64,000 bases of DNA from Eledone cirrhosa (taxonomy: Eukaryota). Positions 13,060-24,323 of this stretch are shown here, in pieces. The stretch lies in the NCBI GenBank assembly GCA_964016885.1, contig OZ024740.1, positions 177,072,001-177,136,000 on the forward strand. The letters run 5' to 3'. The position numbers and the translations under genes are program-made. The notes under the pieces were generated by a model. It saw nothing but the letters and a program-made list of their open reading frames with translations. It ran no database searches and was not told where the DNA came from. Numbering within the stretch: position 1 is the first letter of the stretch; each line of letters begins with the position of its first letter.

Positions 13060-13910
13060 ATGTATAGTAGCTAACAACGGCTTCTCGCAACCTATCGCTT
13101 ACTCTCCCACTAACGACAGCAATGAGAAAAGAAAGCGTAACAGTGGACAAAATGTCCCGTGCTCTCCTCCCTTCTCAATCAACGTTAAAACCAACGTAGG
13201 CAAAAAATGTCTAGCCCTCTTGGATGGACACTTTCCCATTGGTCATAAATGCCGCTCTATCTTTAACCGACACAAAGTAAAACTAGAAATACTCCTGCGC
13301 TAAGAACATGAAGGCCCACATCACCGACAGCCCTAAGAGCAACACCCCACCAGGGTGCTCTTGCCGTAAGCCCGAAGCTTGTCCCCTTCAACAGCAATGC
13401 AACACTCCCGCTGTAGTTTATGAAGCTGCGGTCACTTCTAACCGACCAAATCAACCACAGGATGTCAAATCCTATGTGGGTATGGCGGAGGGTCGATTTA
13501 AGGAACGCTTCCTGAACCACCAGTCGACCTTTAGGTACCCGGGCAGACGTTCATCCACGAAACTCGCGAGCCACGTATGGTCCTTCAAGCACTCAAGTAT
13601 AGACTACTCCATTCAATGGAAAGCCATCACTAAGTCCAAGCCGTACGCAGGGGGAATTCCGTCGTGTGGACTATATATTGATGAACAAATAAATATTCTA
13701 AAGAGATTACGCAATAGTGATTGCCTAAACAGGAGAAATGATTTCTTCACACGTTGTCCACACGTCTACAAACAGCTCTTACATAACTACAAATCTCCGG
13801 ATTGAATTACAACAACATACAAATTTTCTTATCAACTAGAAACTTTCGAACTTTCGCAGTTATCTCCCTTACACCTCTGACACGCAATTTAGTATTGCCT
13901 CTGTGAAGTG
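13060..13910 (+). mobile_element. Penelope-like element 3' fragment encoding a GIY-YIG endonuclease (ORF 13308-13805)
   Basis: CSCRKPEACPLQQQC..VVYEA..SYVGMAEGRFKERFLNH..STKLASHVW..E..I..LNRRND...CPH; inserted next to (TA)n. Confidence 0.85.
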
Positions 13911-13989
13911 ATGGTTTCTGTGCATGCGCGTTCGTACGGTTGTCCTTCCTGTTCTAGGTGGTTGACTGTTGGAGTCAGTGTATATACAC

Positions 13990-14040
<51 letters not shown>

Positions 14041-14075
14041 CCTATATATATATATACCTATATATATATATATAT

Positions 14076-14785
14076 TGTTATACTTGGGGAGGGTCATATT
14101 TGCGTAATATTGCCAGAAATAATAACAGAACACACTCACTGTTTGGTTGGTTTTCGCTTCTGCATCTTTTATATCTCCATAGTTAATTCATTTGGCCATC
14201 AATGTTTATCACTGACTGAACAACGGTAAAAAATACAGATATAAATATATACATATATATATAGCCTAAGAAAGTTCTTTCGTTGCACATCTGCAACATC
14301 ATTAGTGGTACTATTATCATGTTCCCTCCTATTGTTTTGTGTTTATGCCATTTTTATTTAATTTAAATGAATTAACTATGGAGATATAAAAGATGCAGAA
14401 GCGAAAACCAATCAAACAGTGAGTGGGTTCTGTTATGATTTCTGGCAGTAATATTACAACAATATGACCCTCCCCAAATATAACAATATTTGTTTCGACA
14501 CACGATTTCATATCAAAAACCTCGCAAAACAATTATATATATATATATATATAGCGGCGATGAATTAGTTTTGCGAGGTTTTTTATATGAAATCGTGTGT
14601 CGAAACAGATATTGTTATACTTGGGGAGGGTCATATTTGCGTATATAGGGTCATATAGGACCGAGTAAGTTAGATCGCAGATATAATAAAAGACAGCGAG
14701 AAGCGAAAACCAACCAAACAGTGAGTGTGTTCTGTTATTAATTCTGGCAATATTACGCAAATATGACCCTCCCCAAGTATAACAA
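14076..14785. repeat. Multiply inverted pLTR-like element
   Basis: TGTTATACTTGGGGAGGGTCATATTTGCG... occurs at 14076(+), ~14485(-), ~14612(+) and ~14785(-). 14076-14193 is inverted at 14365-14485, and 14462-14534 is inverted at ~14562-14640. Confidence 0.8.
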
Positions 14786-15001
14786 TATATATATATATAT
14801 AGGTATATATATATATAGGTATGTACGTATACATACATACTTACATTTAAGTATCAGCCGTACTAAGAGTGAGAAATGAAATTTCGTTTCATTCTTTTCC
14901 ATATATATATATATATTACTTCTAAAAAAATCGTTTTTGCTCCCTTTTCTCCACCCCCCCTTTTTTAAAAATGCCTTTCCACCACTCCCCCACACACCCT
15001 C

Positions 15002-15139
15002 GGAACTCTTTCCCTACCCACCTTGCTCCTGATGAAGGGCTTATGCCCGAAACGTCGTTCCCCACCACTCCACTCTCAATAGCGTGAACCTAATAAACCA
15101 CTATTTGTACTGCCTCTCTGTTTTTGTTCCTGTCTAAGA

Positions 15140-15148
<9 letters not shown>
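15002..15148 (+). ncRNA. Canonical minimal hammerhead core in a solo pLTR-like segment
   Basis: CTGATGA(15029-15035)-A-GGGC(TTAT)GCCC-GAAA-CGTC(15056), followed by AATAAA and a (TA)n tract. Confidence 0.85.
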
Positions 15149-15188
<40 letters not shown>

Positions 15189-15228
15189 ACATATATATAT
15201 ATATGTATACATATATATTTTATATATT

Positions 15229-15267
<39 letters not shown>

Positions 15268-15270
15268 GTT

Positions 15271-15360
<90 letters not shown>

Positions 15361-16417
15361 TGCATAAATGTAAAAAGGAAGGATGTCATTTTGAACCGGA
15401 GAGAAAAAACACCACAAAGAATAAAAGCACGCTTTGTGTTCTGTGATGTACACATATTCACACATACACGTATGAACAATTAGAGTGGAAGCACCCCAGG
15501 GATGAATACGTATACATCCATATATGTACGCTCATACATATACGCAAATAAATTGTTAGACTCTAACGCACAAACACACACACACATATAAATTGTGCAC
15601 ATAACACACACATAAAATAGTTAGATATCGAGAGATAGAGAGGTAGATAGTGATAGAAAGAGTGAAAGAAGGATAAATATCAGAAAATCAACACACATTT
15701 ATACGGGTGTGTATGTATTCGTGAATGTGTGTACATGTATACGTGTGCGTTTGGCCATTATAAGTGCGTATACGTGTAATTAAGCGGTCGCTTGTTTGCG
15801 CGTGTCACTAATGCGTTTGAATGTATGTGAATGAAAATGTCATCACGTGCTCCGTAATTGTAGATGTTTGCCTGTGTGTATATGTGTCCCCGTGTGTATG
15901 GGTGTGCGTGTTTGCAAACATTGTTTAACAAAATAATTCTAAGAACTTCCACAATAGTGTCCGTGCCATTGTGGTCGCACACGTGTCAGACCAGCACTTT
16001 ATTTCGCATGGCCAGGCAAAGGATTGTGCGTTTTAACAAATGTCATTGTTGTTGTTCAGCCCCAAGTGAACCTTTGAATGAACAAACTTATGATCAAAGG
16101 CATTCAAGCCATGACCATCAAGTTTTTTTATTTGTTTGGTTTGTTTTTTGTTTATTTTCTGGACTAAATCATTCAATTTATTGTATTTTAAGGGAGTATG
16201 GTATGTTTTGAAGGCCTGTTGGCTACTATTTCTAGCAGGTCAAGTAACCTCATAAAAGATAAACACATTGACACGTATCTGAACATAGGGTTGTGTGTGC
16301 CTGTATGTATGTGTTGATGTGTGAGTATTTGTATATGGCTCAGTATAATGCGTATATGGACTCATATTCTACATGTTTATGTCTAATACATATATATATA
16401 TATAAAAGCATATACAT

Positions 16418-16463
<46 letters not shown>

Positions 16464-16818
16464 TTAAGTATATACATATGAAGCATTTCTGAATGGGTGG
16501 GGGTGGGAAGGTGGGGGGGCATTTTAGTTCTAGTGATTAGTTTAGCTGTTTGCCAGGTTGCCCTGTGGAAAGTGGGCCCCAGGGGCCCAAAGTAGCATTG
16601 GAAGAACCCACAGTAACATTGCAGGGCACACTGTAGTATTTTAGAGACCAATGCTTTGCTTTCAAAAAATACCTGAAATCTAAGAGAAAGAATAAAATAA
16701 AAAAAAATAGTTAAAACAATTAAGTAAAGCATTTGGTCAACCAATTCCTCAGGGAATTACGAGACACCAAAATATATGATAGTGCAAATAGAATGCAAAC
16801 ATAGATATGTAGACACAT

Positions 16819-16865
<47 letters not shown>

Positions 16866-17056
16866 ACATAAACAGAGAAACCTTAAGCGATACTCCAACC
16901 AACTCCATCTCACTCAACAAACATTAGGATATACTTAAGTATTATCCAAACTTAGTGTTTGGGGTGCTAACTAATCAGTATTTCGTGGATAGCTGGTTGT
17001 ATTATTTTATGAGACTTTATTAAATAAATATCTCTTTCCTTCCAGACGGCCGTTTC

Positions 17057-17090
<34 letters not shown>

Positions 17091-17124
17091 TATAATATAT
17101 AATATAATATATAATATATATATA

Positions 17125-17458
17125 TCTTCTATCTTCTATATATATAAAAGCGAGGATGTGTGTGTGTCTGTGTACAAATTTGGATACCTAAGGCTTTTAC
17201 AATTACCAACCGAATTTGACCAAATTTTCTGTGCACGTTGCACAGGTCGCTAAGATGGTCACACGTTGCACGTTGAGCAATAAAAAATCAATATCAAAAT
17301 TAACGGTAGCAAAATTGATGTAAGGGAGATAACCAACTTTATTGACAAAAATATAAACATCAGATTCATTTGAAGATAAATCACTAATATTATTGTTTGT
17401 TTCTTGTTTATTCTTTGTTGCATTTCAAACCCCGTGCAACGCCGGGTAAATTTGCTAG
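17125..17458 (+). mobile_element. Non-autonomous Helitron
   Basis: 5' TC(TTCTATATATATAAAAG), subterminal hairpin CCCGTGCAACGCCGGG (17431-17446) and 3' CTAG; inserted between A and T with no TSD. Confidence 0.8.
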
Positions 17459-17846
17459 TATAATATATATAATATATATATATGAATGTATATATAGTGT
17501 ATTTTGCAATACACTATGCTTAATTAAAAGCATTTTAAGACATTCCGCTATTGTTTTAAAGTAGTGAAAATGTCACTTACTTATATTTTCAGCAAACAAG
17601 GGGAGATGAGCTGACAGAGCTCTGTTTCGTACTTGTTGGTACTTATCAAAGCTCAGCACTCCTCCTGTCAGATGAAAATTATGAATGTTGGATTCTTATA
17701 GAATTCCAGTAATAATCAGGAACTGATTATACAGAGCGGTTGCCGGTCCAGCAAAAATTGAAAATTAGAATTGGTGCTCTAAAATAGCGATATATATATA
17801 TGAATGTATATATAGTGTATTTTGCAATAATAATAATAATAATAAT

Positions 17847-20800
17847 GATTTCATTTGTTAGCCACAAGGGCGGACATGTAGGTGACAATACAAAGACAGG
17901 GACAGTGAAGGTTTACAATAAGGTCGAGTAAAAGTGCACAATGGCAAGACTAATTTAACAATGAAAATATAAAAATATAAAATAAACTATGCATAAATAT
18001 AACAAAATAAATTCCCCTATAGGGGTGGAGGACCCAGGGGTGACTCGGGTACCCCACCAATCCTGAACCACCCTGCGCTTCTAGGGCACCCAGGGAGAGC
18101 ACCACTCTCCTCAAGTTAGCTACCCTATAGGCGCATGGTCAGAGTAGGCCCATTCACACGGGCAACTCTCGCCACATTCATCCACGTTTTAGCAAATGTA
18201 CTGGGGGGGGGGGGGCAGCACTTCTCTCTCCACCCTCACCTTCATTTCCAGGTGAAACTTAAAGAAGTTGATGAGGGATTGGCCGAAGAGTAAAGTGTTT
18301 GTCTTCAGTCCTGCTCTTCCTGACCTAAGGAAGGCGGCGGGTCGATCTTCACTATGGACTCGGTCGATAGCCGGATCCGTTACACACGCGACAGTAGCTG
18401 TTCGACATAACTCCACAAGTCAGTAATGCACGGACATTGGACAAGTGCGTGCAGAACGGTTTCGTCGCTCTGTGCGCAAATTTGGCAGGTCCGTCTTACA
18501 GCACTTCCGTGCCTCTAGAGTTTATCCCGAACCGGCAGTGCCACATGGTAGCATTGCCAAGCGAGGGATTTCTGGAAGTTGTCCATCGTCCCCGGCTCGA
18601 AAGTCCTCCGGTACAGACTGGTCAGTTCGACTTCGTCGAGGCCTAAAGCTTCTCCGAATGCGTCATCGCACTCGCACACCACTAATCCTCTATAGAACTC
18701 GAGAGTGGAAGTTCCACTGATCGCATTGCCCGCTTGGTAGAGAGCTGTGAGTGCCTGGCAACATTCCAGGTGCCAGTCACCAAGTCTCGGTCTCTTCTTG
18801 ACCTAGGACTGCAGGTCAGTCAAAGAAACGAGCTGCGGAAAGGCTCGTCTGATAAATGGCGAACACACCTGTTCACAGTTTATGAGATGTCGCAGCCTCA
18901 GAATATCTGGCATGCCCAGCTCTCCGCGTAGAGGGTGCTGGCAGCAGATGGACCGCCTCACCAACGGAACTTGTCGTTTCCAAAAGAATTTGAAGAGGAA
19001 CCCTTCCAGCTTGATGAGGCGCGGGCGGGGAAAAGGCACGGCGGTCAGGCGGTAGTAGATGACAGACACGATGTACGCATTCGCCACCTCCGCGCGACCT
19101 TTCAGTGATAGCTTCCTCCCAGCCCATTTTTCGGTGAGACTGGCTACTCTGCTCGTTACCTCCTCCCAATTCTTTTCCACCTGGAGGTCTGGTCCGAACC
19201 AAACCCCGAGCAACTTTACCGGTCCGTCTACCAGCGCCCTACGACGCTGTTGGACGGCATAGGCTTGCCTCTCCAAGTTCCAAGCTGCAAGCCCACCGAC
19301 TTTTCCGGGTTAAGTTTGGCTCCTGTCAACCTTTCATATTCCTTCAATAAGGATTTCCGAGGTGTCCAACACCATCACGGTGATGTTGTCCGCATTGGCC
19401 GACACCGCCTTTCCACGTCCCGGTTCGAGTCGGATGCCCTGCAACAGCTCCAGCTTCCGAAGGTAAAGGCTCGAGTGTCAATACGTATAGAAGGGAAGAG
19501 AGAGGGCACCCTTGACGGACCGATCGGAAAAGCCTAAATGGTTCCGAGAGATGGCCATTAACCTGAACACCGAGCGTGTGCCGCTGTGCATTGTAGCGAT
19601 ACAGCTTCTGAAGACAGGGCCGAAGCCAGCTACTTTGAAGACAAACTCCATATACCGATGGTCGACCCTATCGAATGCTTTCGATTGATCTAAATTGATC
19701 AGTGCCCCACCGCAGCTAGGTTTACAACCTACCCTCTCTATGATGTATCGCATGAGGTGGAGATTGTCGTGTATGGACCTGGCTGGGATTGTACAAGTTT
19801 GCGCCTCCCCAACCAAATCCTCGTCGACAAGCGTCAATCTCTTTGCTAACACCTTGAACAAAATCTTAAACTCTGAGTTGAGTTGAGTTATGGGCCTGAC
19901 GTTGTCTAATGTATCCCTCTTGTTCTCGTCTTTCCTTATCAGCGTCACAACTCCCCTGCTCACAGAACTGGGAATACTCCCATTCTGCTGCCAGTTGCAG
20001 TAGAACGCTTCGAGGAGATCGGAGAACAAGTCTGGCATATTTACGTAAAGCTCATAGAGCAGGCCATCCAAACCGGGTGACTTGCGCCTCATGCAACCGA
20101 CAAGGGCGACATGAATTTCGGCTGAAGTAATCGGCCATTCGAAGCGCTCAGCGTCGACCGTGGAGATGCGTGGCAAGCCGTCAAGGTAGGGACTGAAATA
20201 CGCTACTCTCTCTGACTCGCCACTCTCCCCGAACAACCGAACAAAGTGCTGGCGAAAGGTCTCACACATCCCCTTGGAATCGCTTATCTCGTGTCCATCT
20301 CGGTCCGCCAACCACGCTGCGCCTCCGCCACGCGGGCCCATCGAACAGCTTTGGTTCCCTCGTTTCTCAGCGCATGCGCTTAGCTCTGACAATGCAACTT
20401 TCGTGTTTCGCATTGAAGAAATGTTCTAATGCCATTCTCACCGCTAGCACATCAGTTGCAATGCCACTACAAATAGCCTCGTCTAACTTATCTACCAGCT
20501 CCCTCTCCTTTCTATTTTTTCTAACGCTAGTTCTTTGCTGAACTCTATCGAACTTACTCTAATCTCTCTTATGAGAGCCCCCCCCCCCCCCCCCACCATC
20601 TGTTGTTGATAATCCCCGCTGTCAATGTTTGCTTAACTAAATAGTTGACTCGGTCCCTGTAAGCCTTACGTGCCGGAAATGACATGTTCAGCTTCCAGTA
20701 ACCCCGTCCCAACCTACGCGTTTTATCTAGGTCGACTAAACAGATCACAAAATTGTGATCTGAATAGGCGACCGTTTTAAAAATTGGGCAGCCTACACTA

Positions 20801-23800
20801 TTTCAATCTATTTTCCTAATGAAGATCCTGTCTATATACGATCTAGATGACCTTATGCGTTTGGTCCACGTCAACACTGGGTAATTGGGGAAATCTAGTC
20901 GATACCTGTCAGACAGTTGGAACTGGCTGATCAGGTGTTTGAGGCTTTTGCACCCCCCGCTCCTATCTGCAACTCCCACACAATCCCAGCGTGCGTCTAA
21001 GATACCGTTCCAGTCCCCCGCTAACAGTAGAGGGCGAGACGTACCCAGAAAGGTTTCCAGGCGCCTAAAGAAGTCCGGTCGTCCGGCCTTAGTAGGGGTG
21101 TAGACGGCCAGCAGTCTAAAGGCACCACCTTCGCTACTGCTCACATCCAGGACCACCAACTTACCGTCTGGGTCCCGGAAGATCGACCTTACCTCGAGAT
21201 CCAGACCTTTCCTAAACAACACTGCCACTCCACCTCCCATTCCCGGCCTGCTAACAGATCGAAGATCTGATAGTCGTCGAAAATGGGGGCTAGTGCGCGC
21301 GTGTCGGAAATCCTGGTATCGATGACGGCAATCACATCCATTTCCAGATACCTGAGGTCGTTGACCAGGCGACCCTGCTTGCTTCCAGGATGACCCCAGG
21401 CCGCGAACATTTAAACTTCCTACTCTTAATATGGCCATGTTGACAAGCTAAAAGCGAGAGGGAAGGTTTACTTACCTCCCGAGGTATTGTGAAGGCCGGG
21501 TGGTTCGACCTCCATGGTTGGTGGGGTTTCTTTTCGGAACTCCTTTAAAAGTCTTGATGTGGGTTTCACGTTCGGGGTTCCCACGTCTTGAGGAAAGCTC
21601 TCTCGAATTTCTTTGTAGGAATTGAGCGACATTCGCACCAGAAGCAAATATTCTGGCACGCAAAATATGTTTAATCTCCCCCTCTGTTTGGATGTCCTCG
21701 ATTCGTGACAAGCACGAAGTTTTTAATATTTTGTTGGTGTGGTTTTATTTGTTTTCGTTTTGGTGACTGTGGTGGTGATGGTTTTGGTGGTGTTGTTTCG
21801 GGTATGTCTGTGTTTGTTGTGGTGTGGTGTCTGCAATTTCAGGTATCTGTGTGTTTATTTGTTCTTGTGTTTGTTGAGGTTGTTTGCGTTTCGGTGATAG
21901 TGGGGGTGGTGTTGATGTTATTGGGGAAGTGTTTGCGTTAGTGGTGTCTGTATTTGTTGTTGTGTATGTTTTTGTGTTTTGTTGGGGCTTTTTGGGGGCG
22001 AGGTTTCTCTTTTGTTTTTGGCACTTTGGGGTCTCCCTTCATCTTCACTGCTGGAAGACAAAGGGTCTGTGGCTGTGAGTGTATTAGTGTCTGTGAGTGC
22101 ATTTATTGTTGTGTCTATGTGTATAATTGGAGGTGTAGGGGGAGTGGGAGAGCTTTCCTCGTTTTCCCTTGGATTGGTTTCGGTGCTGGTGGTGCTCCGA
22201 CTGTTTTTGATGTTGGTGGGGTTACCCGTGTCATTGTTGGTGTTGTTTTAGGTGGTGGTGGTGGTGCAGCTTTCCGAGCTGACACTGGTGTTGGCAACAA
22301 AGGAGGTTTGCGACCCTCTGCATTTTTGAGCTGAGGGCATTTTTGAGCTTAATAGCAAGCTCCTCGGTTTTGAACAGTACCGAGATGGTACCGAACTGCT
22401 TGGCCCTTGTTTATACTCTATGTCACTTCCGATGCACTTCAAGGCAGCCTTGACCTCTGCTTGGCTGGCAAGTTCCACTTTGCGTGTCTGCATTGAAATG
22501 CATCGAAAGTACCCCGCCCTCCTTTGCATGGCCGCTATTGCCTCGTCCGGGAGCGTCAGGTTTGCCCAGGACTTCTCCCATTTAATTAATCTCCACACCT
22601 GGGCCAACTGTTCGTCTTTATCGCTAATATCAACATTCAATAAGCGCTTTGTTTTCGCTGCTGCCGCTGCAAATGTGGTGCCTCTGTTGCTCTTGTTGTT
22701 GGTGTTGTCGTTCTTGCTGTTGTTGGTGTTGTTGTTGTTTTGTTTGTTGTTGCTGTCTTTCTTTCTTTTTCTTTTGATTCACCTCAGGCGCCTGAGGATC
22801 CTCCTCAGAAGCGCTAGAGATGCGACTGGAAGACGGACTAATTCCTCTAAGGATGTGCCGAGTTGGTGATGGTATCTCTCGATCCCCAATGCAGGGCATC
22901 GTAGCCAGAGGTGTTCTGACGACTCCGCCTATTCACCGCAGAGTGGAGAGCAAAAGAATGTGGGGGGTTGTCTCACCGAATTTTTGCATGGCAGATTTGA
23001 CATCGGCGAATGGAGATCGCTGCAGGACGGATGGTAGCCACGGCATTATTCCCCCGACAGAAGCCACACACGAAGCCTTGAGGACTCTTTTTCTGTATTC
23101 GAGTCAGGCTGCTGCAGATCCTGTGGAAGATACGTCGGCAAGTCGGGCAGGAAATGGGCACGAAGTCTTGTCGGATCATCCTGAAACATCCCGCGCAGGA
23201 TGGGCCAGGCTTCAACTCGACATCACCCACTATGAGAAGTAACTTCCGGAGATGTAGGGCGGGTCTTACAGCTCCGGTTGTCGAAAAAAGAAAAACAAAA
23301 AAACGACGTGTCTCCCACGTCGCATCTCTGGGTGTATATAGATCCGGATTTGACAGATATCCTTTCGGGCATCCGACCGAGCACACAGGACGTCCATGAA
23401 GGCCGCCGCGCGAGTAGGTTCCGGATTCTGGTTTGTGCTCTGTCACCACAGGTGTTATTGTCAATACCGCCGCCGCTGTTGCTACCTCTATTGTTGTTAA
23501 ATGCATCAACATCATCCACTTCTCGACCGCTGCTTGATGACGAAGAGAACGAAATGGTTTTCGCCTGACATTTACTGTGTGGCGCTGACGAAACGAAAAA
23601 GGAAAAGGAAAAGGAAAAGGACGAAAAGGAAAGCGAGACTCGTCGCTGACAGCTGGATTATTATTGTGGAAGTATACACGTCGCAGGAATTCCCGTAAGT
23701 TTGCGATTTTTGTATAGTTCAATTGCGAACGTATTTTGGTGTTGTCTTGTGCAACATCTGCCATCTTCTTGCTTTGCTTCTTTTGGCGCTTCGGTTTTGC

Positions 23801-24261
23801 TTTGATCGTCTACGTCTGGTAAGATGCATATTTAGACGGTCTGGAGGTCGCATCATTAGGAGGTTGAAGTGATAATATCTTTTCTTCCATTATCAACATC
23901 TTTGACATGAGGGCATCAAGTTGAGTTTGCAAGTTAGCGTTTTTCAGTTCGATTTGGGTAAGGTTCAGTTTCAACCGCTCGCAATTACAATTACAGGTCA
24001 GTGACATAACATTGCGAGAAGTTTGGACAGCCGAGCGAGCTCTTGTAGTTGCAGGCATTATTGTGCTTAAAAATGTAAGCACGTTAACGGTTGGAGTTGA
24101 AGAAAAAGAGGGTATAATCCACAAATGCGTGTTTACATTGAGGCTGTCGGTGTTATTGTCGTTGTTGTTCTGAATTGTTGTGGTGGTGGTGTTGGTGGTG
24201 GCGGTGGTGGTGATGTCGTTTTGAGATGATACTCAGAAAAAAGAAAAACAGAATGGAAAAA

Positions 24262-24262
<1 letters not shown>
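17847..24262 (-). mobile_element. Old degenerate Tx1/L1-clade non-LTR retrotransposon (sister family of the two young copies)
   Basis: APE fragment MAILRVGSLNVRGLG..LAGDWNGILD (20803-21438). RT fragments KSPGLDG..RPITQLNSEFKIL..LINLDQSKAFDRVDH (19478-20413). ORF1 remnant FRCISMQTRKVELASQAEVKAAL. The 3' end abuts (AAT)7; the 5' boundary is uncertain. Confidence 0.85.
22973..23270 (-). pseudogene. 2A-like (StopGo) motif followed by a PHD-like finger
   Basis: LRKLLLIVGDVELKPGP (GDVELKPGP at 23201-23227), then CAGC..ISCPTCRRIFHRIC..FVCGFC (C4HC3) and the start of a second finger, CQIC. Confidence 0.65.

Positions 24263-24263
<1 letters not shown>

Positions 24264-24323
<60 letters not shown>
24264..24323. 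repeat. (AAT)n microsatellite between the old Tx1 and the Dong-like element
   Basis: About 20 AAT units seen directly. Confidence 0.95.
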
